Below are positions 9,586-17,475 of a stretch of 64,000 nucleotides of DNA, in pieces (the first letter of the stretch is position 1; every line of letters begins with the position of its first letter). The notes beneath the pieces were generated by a model. The model ran no database searches and had not been told where the DNA came from. It saw only the letters and a program-made list of their open reading frames with translations. Source of the stretch: Pirellula sp. (GTDB lineage: Bacteria; Planctomycetota; Planctomycetia; Pirellulales; Pirellulaceae); NCBI GenBank assembly GCA_043757445.1, contig JAYVPJ010000079.1, positions 74,301 through 138,300 on the forward strand, read 5' to 3'. Made by a program: the position numbers and the translations under genes.

Positions 9586-10416
9586 ATGAAACTAAATGGA
9601 CACACAGCACTTGTAACCGGCGGCACGCAAGGTGTTGGCGCCGCAATCGCCCTTAGCCTTGCGAGAGAGGGCGCAAATCTAGTTCTGCATGGGCTCAAGG
9701 AAGACGAGCTGGCGCTTGCGACTCTCGAGCAGTGTAGGGCGCGTGGCGTTCGGGTTACGCCCATCTACTGCAATCTATGGCAACCACTTGAAACAATTCT
9801 ACGAGAAGTCGCTGAGCGTTCCATCGCAATCGAACCGGCCCTAAGTCTGCTGGTCAACAATGCGGGTGTTTTCATCGACAAACCATTTCTGGAGATGGAC
9901 GAATCGACCTTTGTGCGCACCTTCGATTTGAATGTTAAGGTCGGCTACTTCCTGACGCAATTTTTTTCGACGCGTTGGATCGAAAGGCAGGTAGCTGGCC
10001 GAGTGCTCTTTACCGGTTCAATCAATGGCCTGTTGGCCGAATGCGATCACACTGCATACGATGCATCCAAGGCTGCCGTTTCAAGCTTGGTCCGTTCTCT
10101 TTGCGTTGCCCTGGCTCCTCGAGGTATTCGTGTAAACGCAATCGCACCCGGCCTAGTACGGACTCCATTGACTGACCAAGTACTAAATCAAGATGAGGAT
10201 ACGCTGCGATGGCTTCGGCTACATACTCCGAATGGCAAAGTGCCCGCCGCAACCGTTTGCGGCCCCATGGCTGCATTCTTATTGAGCGACGACGCAGAGC
10301 ATATCCATGGCCAAACCATCTACATCGATGGGGGAATGAGCGCGTGGCAACAACCGGACATACCACCGGAATTGCGAGGGCAACTGATCAGTGGTGAGGT
10401 CGGCTCAATTCGCTAG
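9586..10416 (+). CDS. SDR-family oxidoreductase
   Basis: Rossmann motif TGGTQGVGAAIA, NNAG, and catalytic YxxxK (YDASKAAVSSL). Confidence 0.85.
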   Translation: MKLNGHTALVTGGTQGVGAAIALSLAREGANLVLHGLKEDELALATLEQCRARGVRVTPIYCNLWQPLETILREVAERSIAIEPALSLLVNNAGVFIDKPFLEMDESTFVRTFDLNVKVGYFLTQFFSTRWIERQVAGRVLFTGSINGLLAECDHTAYDASKAAVSSLVRSLCVALAPRGIRVNAIAPGLVRTPLTDQVLNQDEDTLRWLRLHTPNGKVPAATVCGPMAAFLLSDDAEHIHGQTIYIDGGMSAWQQPDIPPELRGQLISGEVGSIR

Positions 10417-10440
10417 TCCTTAGTGCGCTAGTCCTTAGTG
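10411..10440 (+). repeat. 15-nt tandem duplication CGCTAGTCCTTAGTG x2 overlapping the stop codon
   Basis: Two perfect head-to-tail copies. The first contains the TAG stop of the SDR gene (10414-10416). Confidence 0.9.
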
Positions 10441-10555
10441 CGTTGTCAATCCTTACTTTTTGGGTTGTCAAAGTGGCGTAAGCTTCCAGCTTGCGATGAA
10501 TCACTGACGGCAAACTGGAAGCTTACCCCACTTTTTAGCCCTGTCAACGCACTAG
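10434..10555. repeat. composite ~120-nt imperfect palindrome in a convergent intergenic spacer
   Basis: The core stem AAAGTGGCGTAAGCTTCCAG (10470-10489) pairs with CTGGAAGCTTACCCCACTTT (10515-10534), including 12 perfect bp GTAAGCTTCCAG/CTGGAAGCTTAC. The outer arms are TTAGTGCGTTGTCAA (10434-10448) and CTGTCAACGCACTAG (10541-10555). Confidence 0.8.
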
Positions 10556-10609
10556 GGCTTTGAGCATCAAAGTACGCAAACTGGATGAACAAATGACCCC
10601 AAGGAATAC

Positions 10610-11419
10610 CTACCAATGCATTACAAATCCGCCGTCCACGTTGATCGTTTGTCCCGTCACATGCGCAGCGCGATCCGAAGATAAGAAAACGATCATGTTT
10701 GCGATGTCCGCCGGCGATTGCCATTTTCTCAACGGTACCACCGCTCGAATCTTTTGGTCGGTCCATTCTTCGTAACTGAGCCGACTCGTTTCCGGCGTTT
10801 GATCAAACCAGGCTTGCCACACAGACCGATTGAGTGGTGTTCTAACCATGCCCGGGCAGATCGTATTGACGCGGATACCGTGTGGAGCAAGGTCTTTTGC
10901 CATGCATTGCGCAAAATTGATGTTGGCTGCTTTACTGGCGCTATAAGGTGGATCGGTTTGCGATCCTATCTGACCAGCCACCGATGCTAGAAAGATCAAG
11001 GTGCCTCGAGAATTTTCGACCATGTGCGGGCCGACGGCGTGCGCAACATGGACCATTCCCATAACGTTGACCTCCATCGTGCGCAACCAGTCCGCGGGAA
11101 CAAGATTGGTAAACGGGAAACCAAACTTCCCGGAACCAATGGCTGCACCATGAACGAGATGGTCGATCGGGCCAAGCGCATTGATGGTTTTAGGAATCGC
11201 ATCCTTGACCGACTGCTCACTCGTGACGTCGACCGATACCCCAAGTGTTCGCACCTGAAAACGCTTTGCAATGCCGTCAGCAATTTCCTCCGTGCCAGCC
11301 GCATTGTCCCACAGCGCAACTTGCACTCCTTCGGCGGCAAAACATTCGGCAGTAGCCAATCCGATCCCGCTGGCTCCACCTACAACGACCGCCGTGTGAT
11401 CCTTTAAGTTTAAGTCCAT
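10610..11419 (-). CDS. SDR-family oxidoreductase
   Basis: The ORF extends to 11545, but the family-typical N-terminus MDLNLKDHTAVVVGGASGIGLATAE starts at the ATG at 11419. YSASKAAN (YxxxK) is present, and the C-terminus ends ...GQTINVDGGFVMHW. Confidence 0.85.
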   Translation of the reverse strand: MDLNLKDHTAVVVGGASGIGLATAECFAAEGVQVALWDNAAGTEEIADGIAKRFQVRTLGVSVDVTSEQSVKDAIPKTINALGPIDHLVHGAAIGSGKFGFPFTNLVPADWLRTMEVNVMGMVHVAHAVGPHMVENSRGTLIFLASVAGQIGSQTDPPYSASKAANINFAQCMAKDLAPHGIRVNTICPGMVRTPLNRSVWQAWFDQTPETSRLSYEEWTDQKIRAVVPLRKWQSPADIANMIVFLSSDRAAHVTGQTINVDGGFVMHW

Positions 11420-11584
11420 GATGGCGATATATCCTAAACGAGATGATTCCGATCTTGTGAAGATCGAAAATTGCGAATGAGTTATTGAGTCCGTCCAAAG
11501 AGTTGCCAATCGAACCTTCGAAGCGTAACTTGGAGAAACGAACATGGATAGGCAGGACTTACAGGATGATCGTCAATCCGACTA

Positions 11585-11830
11585 GTGCTATGCCAACATC
11601 CTATCCATGTTCACTTTCGACAATCGATTGTTGGCGAGTTCTATGCCGACCTTCTCGTGGAAGGAAAAGTTATCTTCGAGCTCAAGGCTGCAAAGGCGAC
11701 AAAAGCAAACGTTGGCCGGAACGATTTTTGCCGAAAAGGATTGCACTCTGAACCTCTTTGCCCAAGCCGAATAGGGTGCCACCCACTTGGTTGCTGGTCG
11801 ATTTCAATCTGCCGCTCGCCTAAAGAACCC
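11585..11830 (+). pseudogene. relic of a GxxExxY-family (PD-(D/E)XK-like) gene, N-terminally truncated and frame-disrupted
   Basis: PIHVHFRQSIVGEFYADLLVEGKVIFELKAAKA carries the eponymous G-x-x-E-x-x-Y and the D..VE..V..ELKA core. The expected C-terminal LL(I/V)NFN-like segment (WLLVDFNLPLA) appears only in another frame. The N-terminal ~60 aa are missing. Confidence 0.4.
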
Positions 11831-12664
11831 CTTTGTGCTGCGTGGTAGCCAAGCGGCCGTAACCAGCGCACACAACAACGTCAAACTAGTTGACTCGGGA
11901 ACAGCTGTGAACTGTAGGTTGTCGAGCGCCAAGTAAGTTGGCGTATTGATGCCAAACACGCCGCTATCGGTAGAAAAGAAATTGAGACTTACCGACCGAG
12001 CGTTTGCAATGTTCGTTAGATCTACATTGATCCACCGATTTAAAATAAAGTCTTGACTGTTGTTGGTGAATCTGAAGTCGCTCAAGTTCACGTTAACTAA
12101 ACCGATGGAATTACCCGTACCGCTGACGTTGTCAAAGCCCCTGAGCGTTACGCCGAACAAGTCTGGGTCGTTGCCGGATGGGCCGCCAAACTTCTTCGCA
12201 AAGCTATCCCCGTTTTGCATGGACAGTGCTGCATAAGTTGCATTGGTCAAGTCGACAGACAAAAGCCGCATGTTTGTCGGTAAATTGAAATACGCTCCGG
12301 ACCCGGATGCTATCGCATAATTCTGCCCGGCGATCACTCCACCGAGTCCGTTGGATCCACCACCCGCAATCGATGCGTATTGGTTGGTGAATCCGACCGA
12401 CGCTGTATTGACAACGTTGCTGTAACTCCAGCCACTCCAGAATCCGCCAAAATCACGGCTGTACGTGTTGTTAAAAAACACACCTCCACTGGTCCACCCC
12501 GAAGTATTGCTCGTGTTCGTACCGTTGTTTCCGTTGTAAAACGAACCACCGCCAGCAGGACTTGTGCCCGTAAAAGTTGTTAGCTCTTCGAAAGTAATGA
12601 CGTCCGCAATCGCCTGGGAAGAAATCGCTAGAACGATCGATGCCATCAAGATTCGACAAATCAT
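11804..12664 (-). CDS. secreted PEP-CTERM-anchored protein (DUF4465-like body, from memory)
   Basis: Signal peptide MICRILMASIVLAISSQAIA and a Gly/Asn/Ser-rich beta-type domain. The C-terminus VPESTSLTLLCALVTAAWLPRSTKGFFRR follows the PEP-CTERM pattern: VPE(P/S), a hydrophobic helix, then a basic tail. Confidence 0.7.
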   Translation of the reverse strand: MICRILMASIVLAISSQAIADVITFEELTTFTGTSPAGGGSFYNGNNGTNTSNTSGWTSGGVFFNNTYSRDFGGFWSGWSYSNVVNTASVGFTNQYASIAGGGSNGLGGVIAGQNYAIASGSGAYFNLPTNMRLLSVDLTNATYAALSMQNGDSFAKKFGGPSGNDPDLFGVTLRGFDNVSGTGNSIGLVNVNLSDFRFTNNSQDFILNRWINVDLTNIANARSVSLNFFSTDSGVFGINTPTYLALDNLQFTAVPESTSLTLLCALVTAAWLPRSTKGFFRRAAD

Positions 12665-12760
12665 GTTAGAAAATCCTAGTTGAGTGAATGCGGCGTTGCC
12701 GACCGCTTGATTGTTGAAAAAGATAAATTTAGCCTTGCTCCGAAGGGCCGGAGCCTGGGC

Positions 12761-12815
12761 TGCGCGACAAATAGCAATGGGTATAAAATGCGTTGATGCG
12801 AGTTTTGTCCTGTTC
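12761..12815 (+). repeat. interspersed repeat module (GCGRCAAATAGCAATSGGTRWAAAATGCGTTGATGCGAGTTT)
   Basis: Near-identical to 38326-38385. A partial copy (GGCGACAAATAGCGATG) lies at 14093-14109. Confidence 0.8.
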
Positions 12816-12829
12816 TGCGATCTGTCCTT

Positions 12830-12895
12830 TCAGGTTAGTCGGGCTGGCCTGTCAGGTTGGTCAGGCTGGCCTTTTAGGTTGGTCTGGGGCTTGTC
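12830..12895 (+). repeat. degenerate 22-nt tandem repeat x3
   Basis: The units are TCAGGTTAGTCGGGCTGGCCTG, TCAGGTTGGTCAGGCTGGCCTT and TTAGGTTGGTCTGGGGCTTGTC. Confidence 0.75.
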
Positions 12896-12908
12896 CCCCA
12901 CCAACCTT

Positions 12909-13029
12909 GTTTTGGCGTACTAACGGCCGGCACTCGCGAATCGACCCGTTCCCCTTGGCTTTGCCCGCCTCCGGTGGGCAAAGCCAAGGGGAACGGGAGT
13001 TCGGACGCCCTATTTTAGAACGCCAAAAC
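12909..13029. repeat. 121-nt composite palindrome with a perfect 22-bp core stem
   Basis: The core CCCGTTCCCCTTGGCTTTGCCC (12945-12966) pairs with GGGCAAAGCCAAGGGGAACGGG (12976-12997) around a 9-nt loop. The outer arms are GTTTTGGCGTACTA (12909-12922) and TAGAACGCCAAAAC (13016-13029). Confidence 0.9.
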
Positions 13030-13079
13030 GCATCCGTCGGGGGCAAGCCGGGCAAGCCCCGAACGGATGGGCTAGCGAC
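13016..13079 (-). repeat. 64-nt interspersed repeat, inverted copy of 18223-18285
   Basis: The reverse complement is GTCGCTAGCCCATCCGTTCGGGGCTTGCCCGGCTTGCCCCCGACGGATGCGTTTTGGCGTTCTA. It differs from 18223-18285 by 3 substitutions and 1 indel. It contains its own hairpin, CATCCGT(T)CGGGG...CCCCGACGGATG. Confidence 0.9.
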
Positions 13080-13107
13080 ATGGCCTAACTCTATTGGAAC
13101 AGTCCAA

Positions 13108-13956
13108 CTAGTAACGATCGCCGGATAGTACTTCTCCCTTTGCCCGCGTAATGAACTGTCCAAGGGTGATGAGGTCGATGGATTGAGCCATCCATTGCGT
13201 TCGGCCATCGACAAACATAACCATTGCCCCTGTTCCGTGACGACTCCGGATTTCGTTGTCTCCGATCCAAGCATTCGGATCGTTGATTCCACCTGACTGA
13301 ACGAAGACGTTGCGGCCATTGATCCATTCACTATCGGGACCACCAACGTCCTCAGAGACAGCAAGCGTATTGGTTAAACCATCCGTGATTTCCAAGAGCC
13401 GAATCGAACGCTCGTTGAGGAAAACGCCATCGTCTTGTTCGCGATCGATCATCAACTCACCGAACAATCCGCCGTAGTCTGTTTGACCGCGAATGAGATT
13501 GCGATTGTCCGCCGTCGGGCACTCATAGATGTTCAATCGCGTTCGAGCTGCCTCAGCATTGCGAGGCGAATCAAAAGGCAGTGAGAAATCAATGGAAGAG
13601 TACAAGGATTTTTGCTCAACAAACGGCAGCAGCAGGGCAGACCAGGCATACTGACGATTCGATGGTGGCGATCTCCATGAACGCCACTCAATGCAGCCAG
13701 TGGGAAGCGTTTTATGCGCATCATGATAAGCATGCAACGCGATTCCAATCTGGCGCAAGTTGTTCTTACAGGAGACCTGTCGAGCCGCTTCGCGAGCCGC
13801 CTGTAAGGCTGGGAGCAGCAAGGATATAAGCACGCCCGTGATGGCAACCACCGCCAATAACTCGATTAAAGTCGTTCCTAATCGACGGCCAGAGGAGACT
13901 TGTAAACGTGACGAACGAGCAGCTGCGAAACACAGCTTCCGGTGAAATCGAACCAT
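13108..13956 (-). CDS. DUF1559 domain protein (planctomycete H-X9-DG family) with prepilin-type N-terminal methylation motif
   Basis: G|TTLIELLAVVAITGVLISLLLPALQAAREAARQVSCKNNLRQIGIALHAYHD is the family-defining N-terminus. The C-terminal H-x9-DG motif is present (RHGTGAMVMFVDG). Confidence 0.9.
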   Translation of the reverse strand: MVRFHRKLCFAAARSSRLQVSSGRRLGTTLIELLAVVAITGVLISLLLPALQAAREAARQVSCKNNLRQIGIALHAYHDAHKTLPTGCIEWRSWRSPPSNRQYAWSALLLPFVEQKSLYSSIDFSLPFDSPRNAEAARTRLNIYECPTADNRNLIRGQTDYGGLFGELMIDREQDDGVFLNERSIRLLEITDGLTNTLAVSEDVGGPDSEWINGRNVFVQSGGINDPNAWIGDNEIRSRHGTGAMVMFVDGRTQWMAQSIDLITLGQFITRAKGEVLSGDRY

Positions 13957-14022
13957 AACCTTTTTCCCTCATCGCAGGGCTGCGACTCAGGCTACTTGTC
14001 ATCAAAACGCAAACCTCACTGA

Positions 14023-14052
14023 TCCGCACTGCCCAATCCCGCACTGCCCGAT
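14023..14052. promoter_or_regulatory. 15-nt direct repeat x2 (YCCGCACTGCCCRAT) about 70-95 nt upstream of the DUF1559 start; possible operator
   Basis: TCCGCACTGCCCAAT and CCCGCACTGCCCGAT lie head-to-tail. The regulatory role is only positional inference. Confidence 0.2.
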
Positions 14053-14540
14053 ACGCGAAACGGAAATTGCAGCTAGTTCAATGGGGCGGAAAGGCGACAA
14101 ATAGCGATGAAAACTAAAGGCAATCCAACGTCTAACCAAGCGACCGCATTTGGCACCGGTGAGGAGGCGTTGCAACGAACGCCCCAATCCAAGAAGGCAC
14201 CTGTTCGTCTCGTTTGCGGTAGGTCTTCTGACTCGCCACCGATTCGACCTCGTAGCCTTCTCACTCGATCGATTCGAGCAATGGCGCTTCCTAAAGAAGA
14301 AGGTCAATCTGACAAAACGCTAATGCGAATTGCAAGTGGCTCACAGCGGCTGGACCGTCCCGGAGTTAAACCGGAGTTCCCTGTTCCACAAATCCTTGAA
14401 AAACGAGCAAGGACTTGTCACCGTAAACGTTCGGTCAGTTTACCGGGCACGACTCAAGTTGTCAATCGCAGATGCGTGCCTTAGGACGATCGTCTCACTG
14501 GTATCGCAAAGTCACTCGCTGAAAGAGTGAATTGCGGTAG

Positions 14541-14561
14541 GTCGCACCTGCCGGGTGCGAC
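14541..14561. repeat. palindromic 21-nt module GTCGCACC-TGCCG-GGTGCGAC
   Basis: 8-bp stem with a 5-nt loop, 30 nt 3' of the radical SAM stop. An inverted, 1-mismatch copy lies at 16545-16565 with about 25 nt of shared context. Confidence 0.8.
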
Positions 14562-14590
14562 GGAGAAGTGCAAAGCATGACAATGCGTAT

Positions 14591-16153
14591 CTAGAATGTG
14601 TTGACGACGGTGGAACGCTTATCCGACATGTTTGTAGAAAGCGTATAGTGATGGTAGTGCATGGCGCATTTGATGACGTAGACAAACAATACCGATGGGT
14701 CACGGTTCACTTGAATCAATCGGACTATGCGTTTTCGGTATTCTTTCCTTAGGGATGCTTGCGGAATCATCCACATCAATCGGGACAGTAAGCCGAATGC
14801 CAGGATTCCAAAACGAGTCTTTTCCTTGAAGCCGATCCAGCGATGCTCGCGCCAGTACTTCGCGCGAGCCTGTCCAAACCGAAAATCCCCTCGCAGAAAA
14901 AGCGATTCAAGTCGGTCAAAGTACCCCGCCGGTTCATAGAGCTTTTGCATAACCGCCAGATAGCCGTCCCGCAATGCTTGGCGACTAAGTTGGCTCGGGA
15001 TCACATTGGTACCAAACTCGGAGGTATCATTCTCGTCCAGTCTCCCTTCGGCTCTTAAGCGAGCGTATAGTGGTGTCTTCGGAATGGCATGCAACATACC
15101 AAGCATGGCGTGCAGGATACGAGCCTCTCGCAAGAACTCGATCTGGGCATCGAATATCGTCGCATCGTCGCTATCGAACCCTACGATCATGCCGCACCAC
15201 ACATCCATACCTGCGTTTTGCACGCGGTGGATTTTCTCGACCAGAGTGCCGGTGTTCCGAACGTTTTGAATTTTCTTGGTCTCTCGAAGTGATGCCTCAT
15301 TGGGGCTTTCAATACCGATGAAGACGGTTTGTATATTGCAGTCGACCATCAGCTGCATCAACTCTTCATCATCGGCCAGATCAAGGGATGCCTCCGTAAA
15401 AAAAGTCAACGGAAAACCCTTCGAACGCTGCCAATCCGCGACGTCTCGCAAAACCTTTTTGATTTGAACTTTGTTTCCAATCAAATTGTCATCGACGATA
15501 AACGCAATCCGCAGATGGCGAGCAAGCAATTGGTCGAGTTCGACCAGAATCTGCTGAGAGGATTTAATGCGAGGACGTCGCCCAAAGGTAACGATGATGT
15601 CGCAGAATTCACACTGGAATGGACAACCTCGAGAGAATTGTACGCTACCAAACAAATAGTGCTGAGTCTTAATCAAATCGTAACGCGGAGCCGGGACCTT
15701 GAGCATGTCCGTCTTATTGGCTTGCTCGTATCGCTTTTCCCAATTTCCGGTCCCGAAATCCATCAAGAACTGCGGCCAAGTTTCCTCTGCTTCGCCAACG
15801 AAAATGACTTCCGCCAAATTACCAAAGTAGTCTTCGCTGACGCTGACCCAAGGACCACCGACCACCGCAAAGATTCCGCGTTTGCGTAATTCTTGGAGAA
15901 TTTCCCGCATCCGTGCTCGTTGAACACTCATACCGGTCAAGCCAACAATGTCTGCCCGCTCCAATCGGTCGTAATCTATCTCCTCGACATTTTCGTCGAC
16001 GAGTGTGATTTGATGTTCAGCCGGCGTTAGCGCAGCCAACAGTGGCAAGCATGCGACTGGAAGGTTCGCTTTTTTCCCCAACAATGGCAGGGCATGTTCG
16101 AGACCCCAATAGCTAACTTCGAAACGTGGGTTAATAAGCACGATGTCAAGCAT
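14591..16153 (-). CDS. B12-binding-domain radical SAM protein (class B, DUF4070-type C-terminus)
   Basis: N-terminal cobalamin-binding-like Rossmann segment (MLDIVLINP...IVGLTGMS...VVGGPW) and the radical SAM cluster motif CPFQCEFC in SRGCPFQCEFCDI. The long helical C-terminal extension is typical of DUF4070 proteins. Confidence 0.88.
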   Translation of the reverse strand: MLDIVLINPRFEVSYWGLEHALPLLGKKANLPVACLPLLAALTPAEHQITLVDENVEEIDYDRLERADIVGLTGMSVQRARMREILQELRKRGIFAVVGGPWVSVSEDYFGNLAEVIFVGEAEETWPQFLMDFGTGNWEKRYEQANKTDMLKVPAPRYDLIKTQHYLFGSVQFSRGCPFQCEFCDIIVTFGRRPRIKSSQQILVELDQLLARHLRIAFIVDDNLIGNKVQIKKVLRDVADWQRSKGFPLTFFTEASLDLADDEELMQLMVDCNIQTVFIGIESPNEASLRETKKIQNVRNTGTLVEKIHRVQNAGMDVWCGMIVGFDSDDATIFDAQIEFLREARILHAMLGMLHAIPKTPLYARLRAEGRLDENDTSEFGTNVIPSQLSRQALRDGYLAVMQKLYEPAGYFDRLESLFLRGDFRFGQARAKYWREHRWIGFKEKTRFGILAFGLLSRLMWMIPQASLRKEYRKRIVRLIQVNRDPSVLFVYVIKCAMHYHHYTLSTNMSDKRSTVVNTF

Positions 16154-16544
16154 AGATCACGCTTCGATTTGCAGAACGAACCTCGGCTCATTGTCAGAGA
16201 AGCACATTGTATAGGAAACGTCCGGGCAATGGGTAACGTGCAACTCAACTAACCCAGATTATTTATTAGTCGGAGGGCGCTAGCCAGCGTCAGAGCACGG
16301 TTGTCTTCGCGACCCTAACCGGGGGCTAGCGCTGGGCTGTTAAAAAACTGCTATTGACGCAAGTTGTGATTGCTATGGTTTTGTTCCCTAACGCCTGCGG
16401 GATGTAGCCAGAAAGCCTGAACGATCCGCAGCACCAGGCGTGCGGGATTCGAATACCACAGGCTTGTCCTAGGCGTGTCCTGTGGATTGATATGCTTTGC
16501 GGCTACTAAAATTTGGAACAAAAGTTGCGCAGTGGCAGCGCGAA

Positions 16545-16565
16545 GTCGCACCCGGCAGGTACGAC
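16545..16565. repeat. palindromic 21-nt module, inverted copy of 14541-14561
   Basis: GTCGCACCCGGCAGGTACGAC, 19 nt 3' of the glycine-zipper gene stop. Confidence 0.8.
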
Positions 16566-16583
16566 CTCCTCAAATTCAATCCC

Positions 16584-17219
16584 TTAGAACCCACGTCGTT
16601 CGACGTAATAGGGCCTGTAAGTTGGTTGTCTTGCCTGATAGATAGGCGGCGAGTAATGGTATTCTTCCCGAACTACGACCGGCGACGGTTGCTGATAAAC
16701 CGTCGTCCCTCTCCCTCCCGTTTGCATGACATTTACGACGTAGTCGCTGACTCCCTGTTGGTTCATCAAGATCACATCATTTACGTCCGGCTGCATCGCA
16801 ACTCCGTTCGATTGGATGTGCGCTACGATAACGGCATCGCTCACACCACTTCGCGTCATATTGATGACTTCCGACGTCGTCACTGGACGACGACTAACAA
16901 CCACACGTTGCGGAGGCACTTGGACATACGTCCGATGCTCGTGGTACGTCGGATAGGCAACTTGAGGTTGATAGTATTGTTGCCGATAGGCTTGATCGCG
17001 AGTGTTGCCGATCATTCCACCCGCAATCGCTCCGACGGCGCCACCAATCAGGGCTCCTTCGGCGGTTTCATGCTTTTGGTGACCAACGACACCACCCAAT
17101 AGGGCCCCCGTCACTCCACCCAGCAACGCCCCATCCCTGGTCTGATTTTGACCATAACTTGTGCTAGCAAACGAAAAAACAAGGGCTGAACAGATACAAT
17201 ACTTTTTTGCGATACGCAT
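16584..17219 (-). CDS. glycine-zipper envelope protein with twin GVSD motifs
   Basis: The ORF extends to 17288. A signal-peptide-like start MRIAKKYCICSALVFSFASTSYG begins at 17219. Glycine zipper GALLGGVTGALLGGVVG...GALIGGAVGAIAGGMIG. Two ~24-aa repeats (EVINMTRSGVSDAVIVAHI / DVILMNQQGVSDYVVNVM) and Tyr/Pro/Gln-rich segments. Confidence 0.6.
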   Translation of the reverse strand: MRIAKKYCICSALVFSFASTSYGQNQTRDGALLGGVTGALLGGVVGHQKHETAEGALIGGAVGAIAGGMIGNTRDQAYRQQYYQPQVAYPTYHEHRTYVQVPPQRVVVSRRPVTTSEVINMTRSGVSDAVIVAHIQSNGVAMQPDVNDVILMNQQGVSDYVVNVMQTGGRGTTVYQQPSPVVVREEYHYSPPIYQARQPTYRPYYVERRGF

Positions 17220-17475
17220 GGTCGTGTTTTTCCGGTGGCTTGATGGATGAAAAGCCACGGACCGAACCCAGGTCGAGGCATTCAACATCTTCGATAGGGT
17301 ATCGGCGTTTCCATGTCGAGACTGAATAAAACCGAATTGAGAAGTGGGTGCTTTTCATGGAATGCCAAAATCGATTTCACTTGTCCGAGATCAGCTGGTC
17401 GAGACCATCCCAAAAGGTGGGTGTGCGTTTCTTGCCCATCGACTTAAACCAAGTGGTAGATTGATTTGCCAAAAA

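Noticed and set aside
12861-13364. 167-aa ORF (and the neighbouring ORFs 12711-12923 and 12793-13128)
   Set aside because: It overlaps the 3' end of the well-supported DUF1559 gene in another frame and otherwise reads through palindromic repeat modules. It has no family features.
14107-14484. 125-aa plus-strand ORF in the DUF1559 / radical SAM spacer
   Set aside because: Its composition is highly basic and Ser/Arg/Pro-rich, typical of a non-coding GC-rich frame. It has no motifs and starts inside a partial repeat module.
16441-16470. tRNA-like T-arm string (GGGATTCGAATACC)
   Set aside because: No acceptor or anticodon stems can be drawn around it. The same string recurs, diverged, at 38292-38320 as part of a repeat module.
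16154-16583. Cobalamin riboswitch upstream of the B12-binding radical SAM gene
   Set aside because: No B12-box-like core is recognisable on the minus strand. The region is explained by repeat modules, for example GCGCTAGCC...GGCTAGCGC at 16277-16332. A covariance-model scan would be the decisive test.
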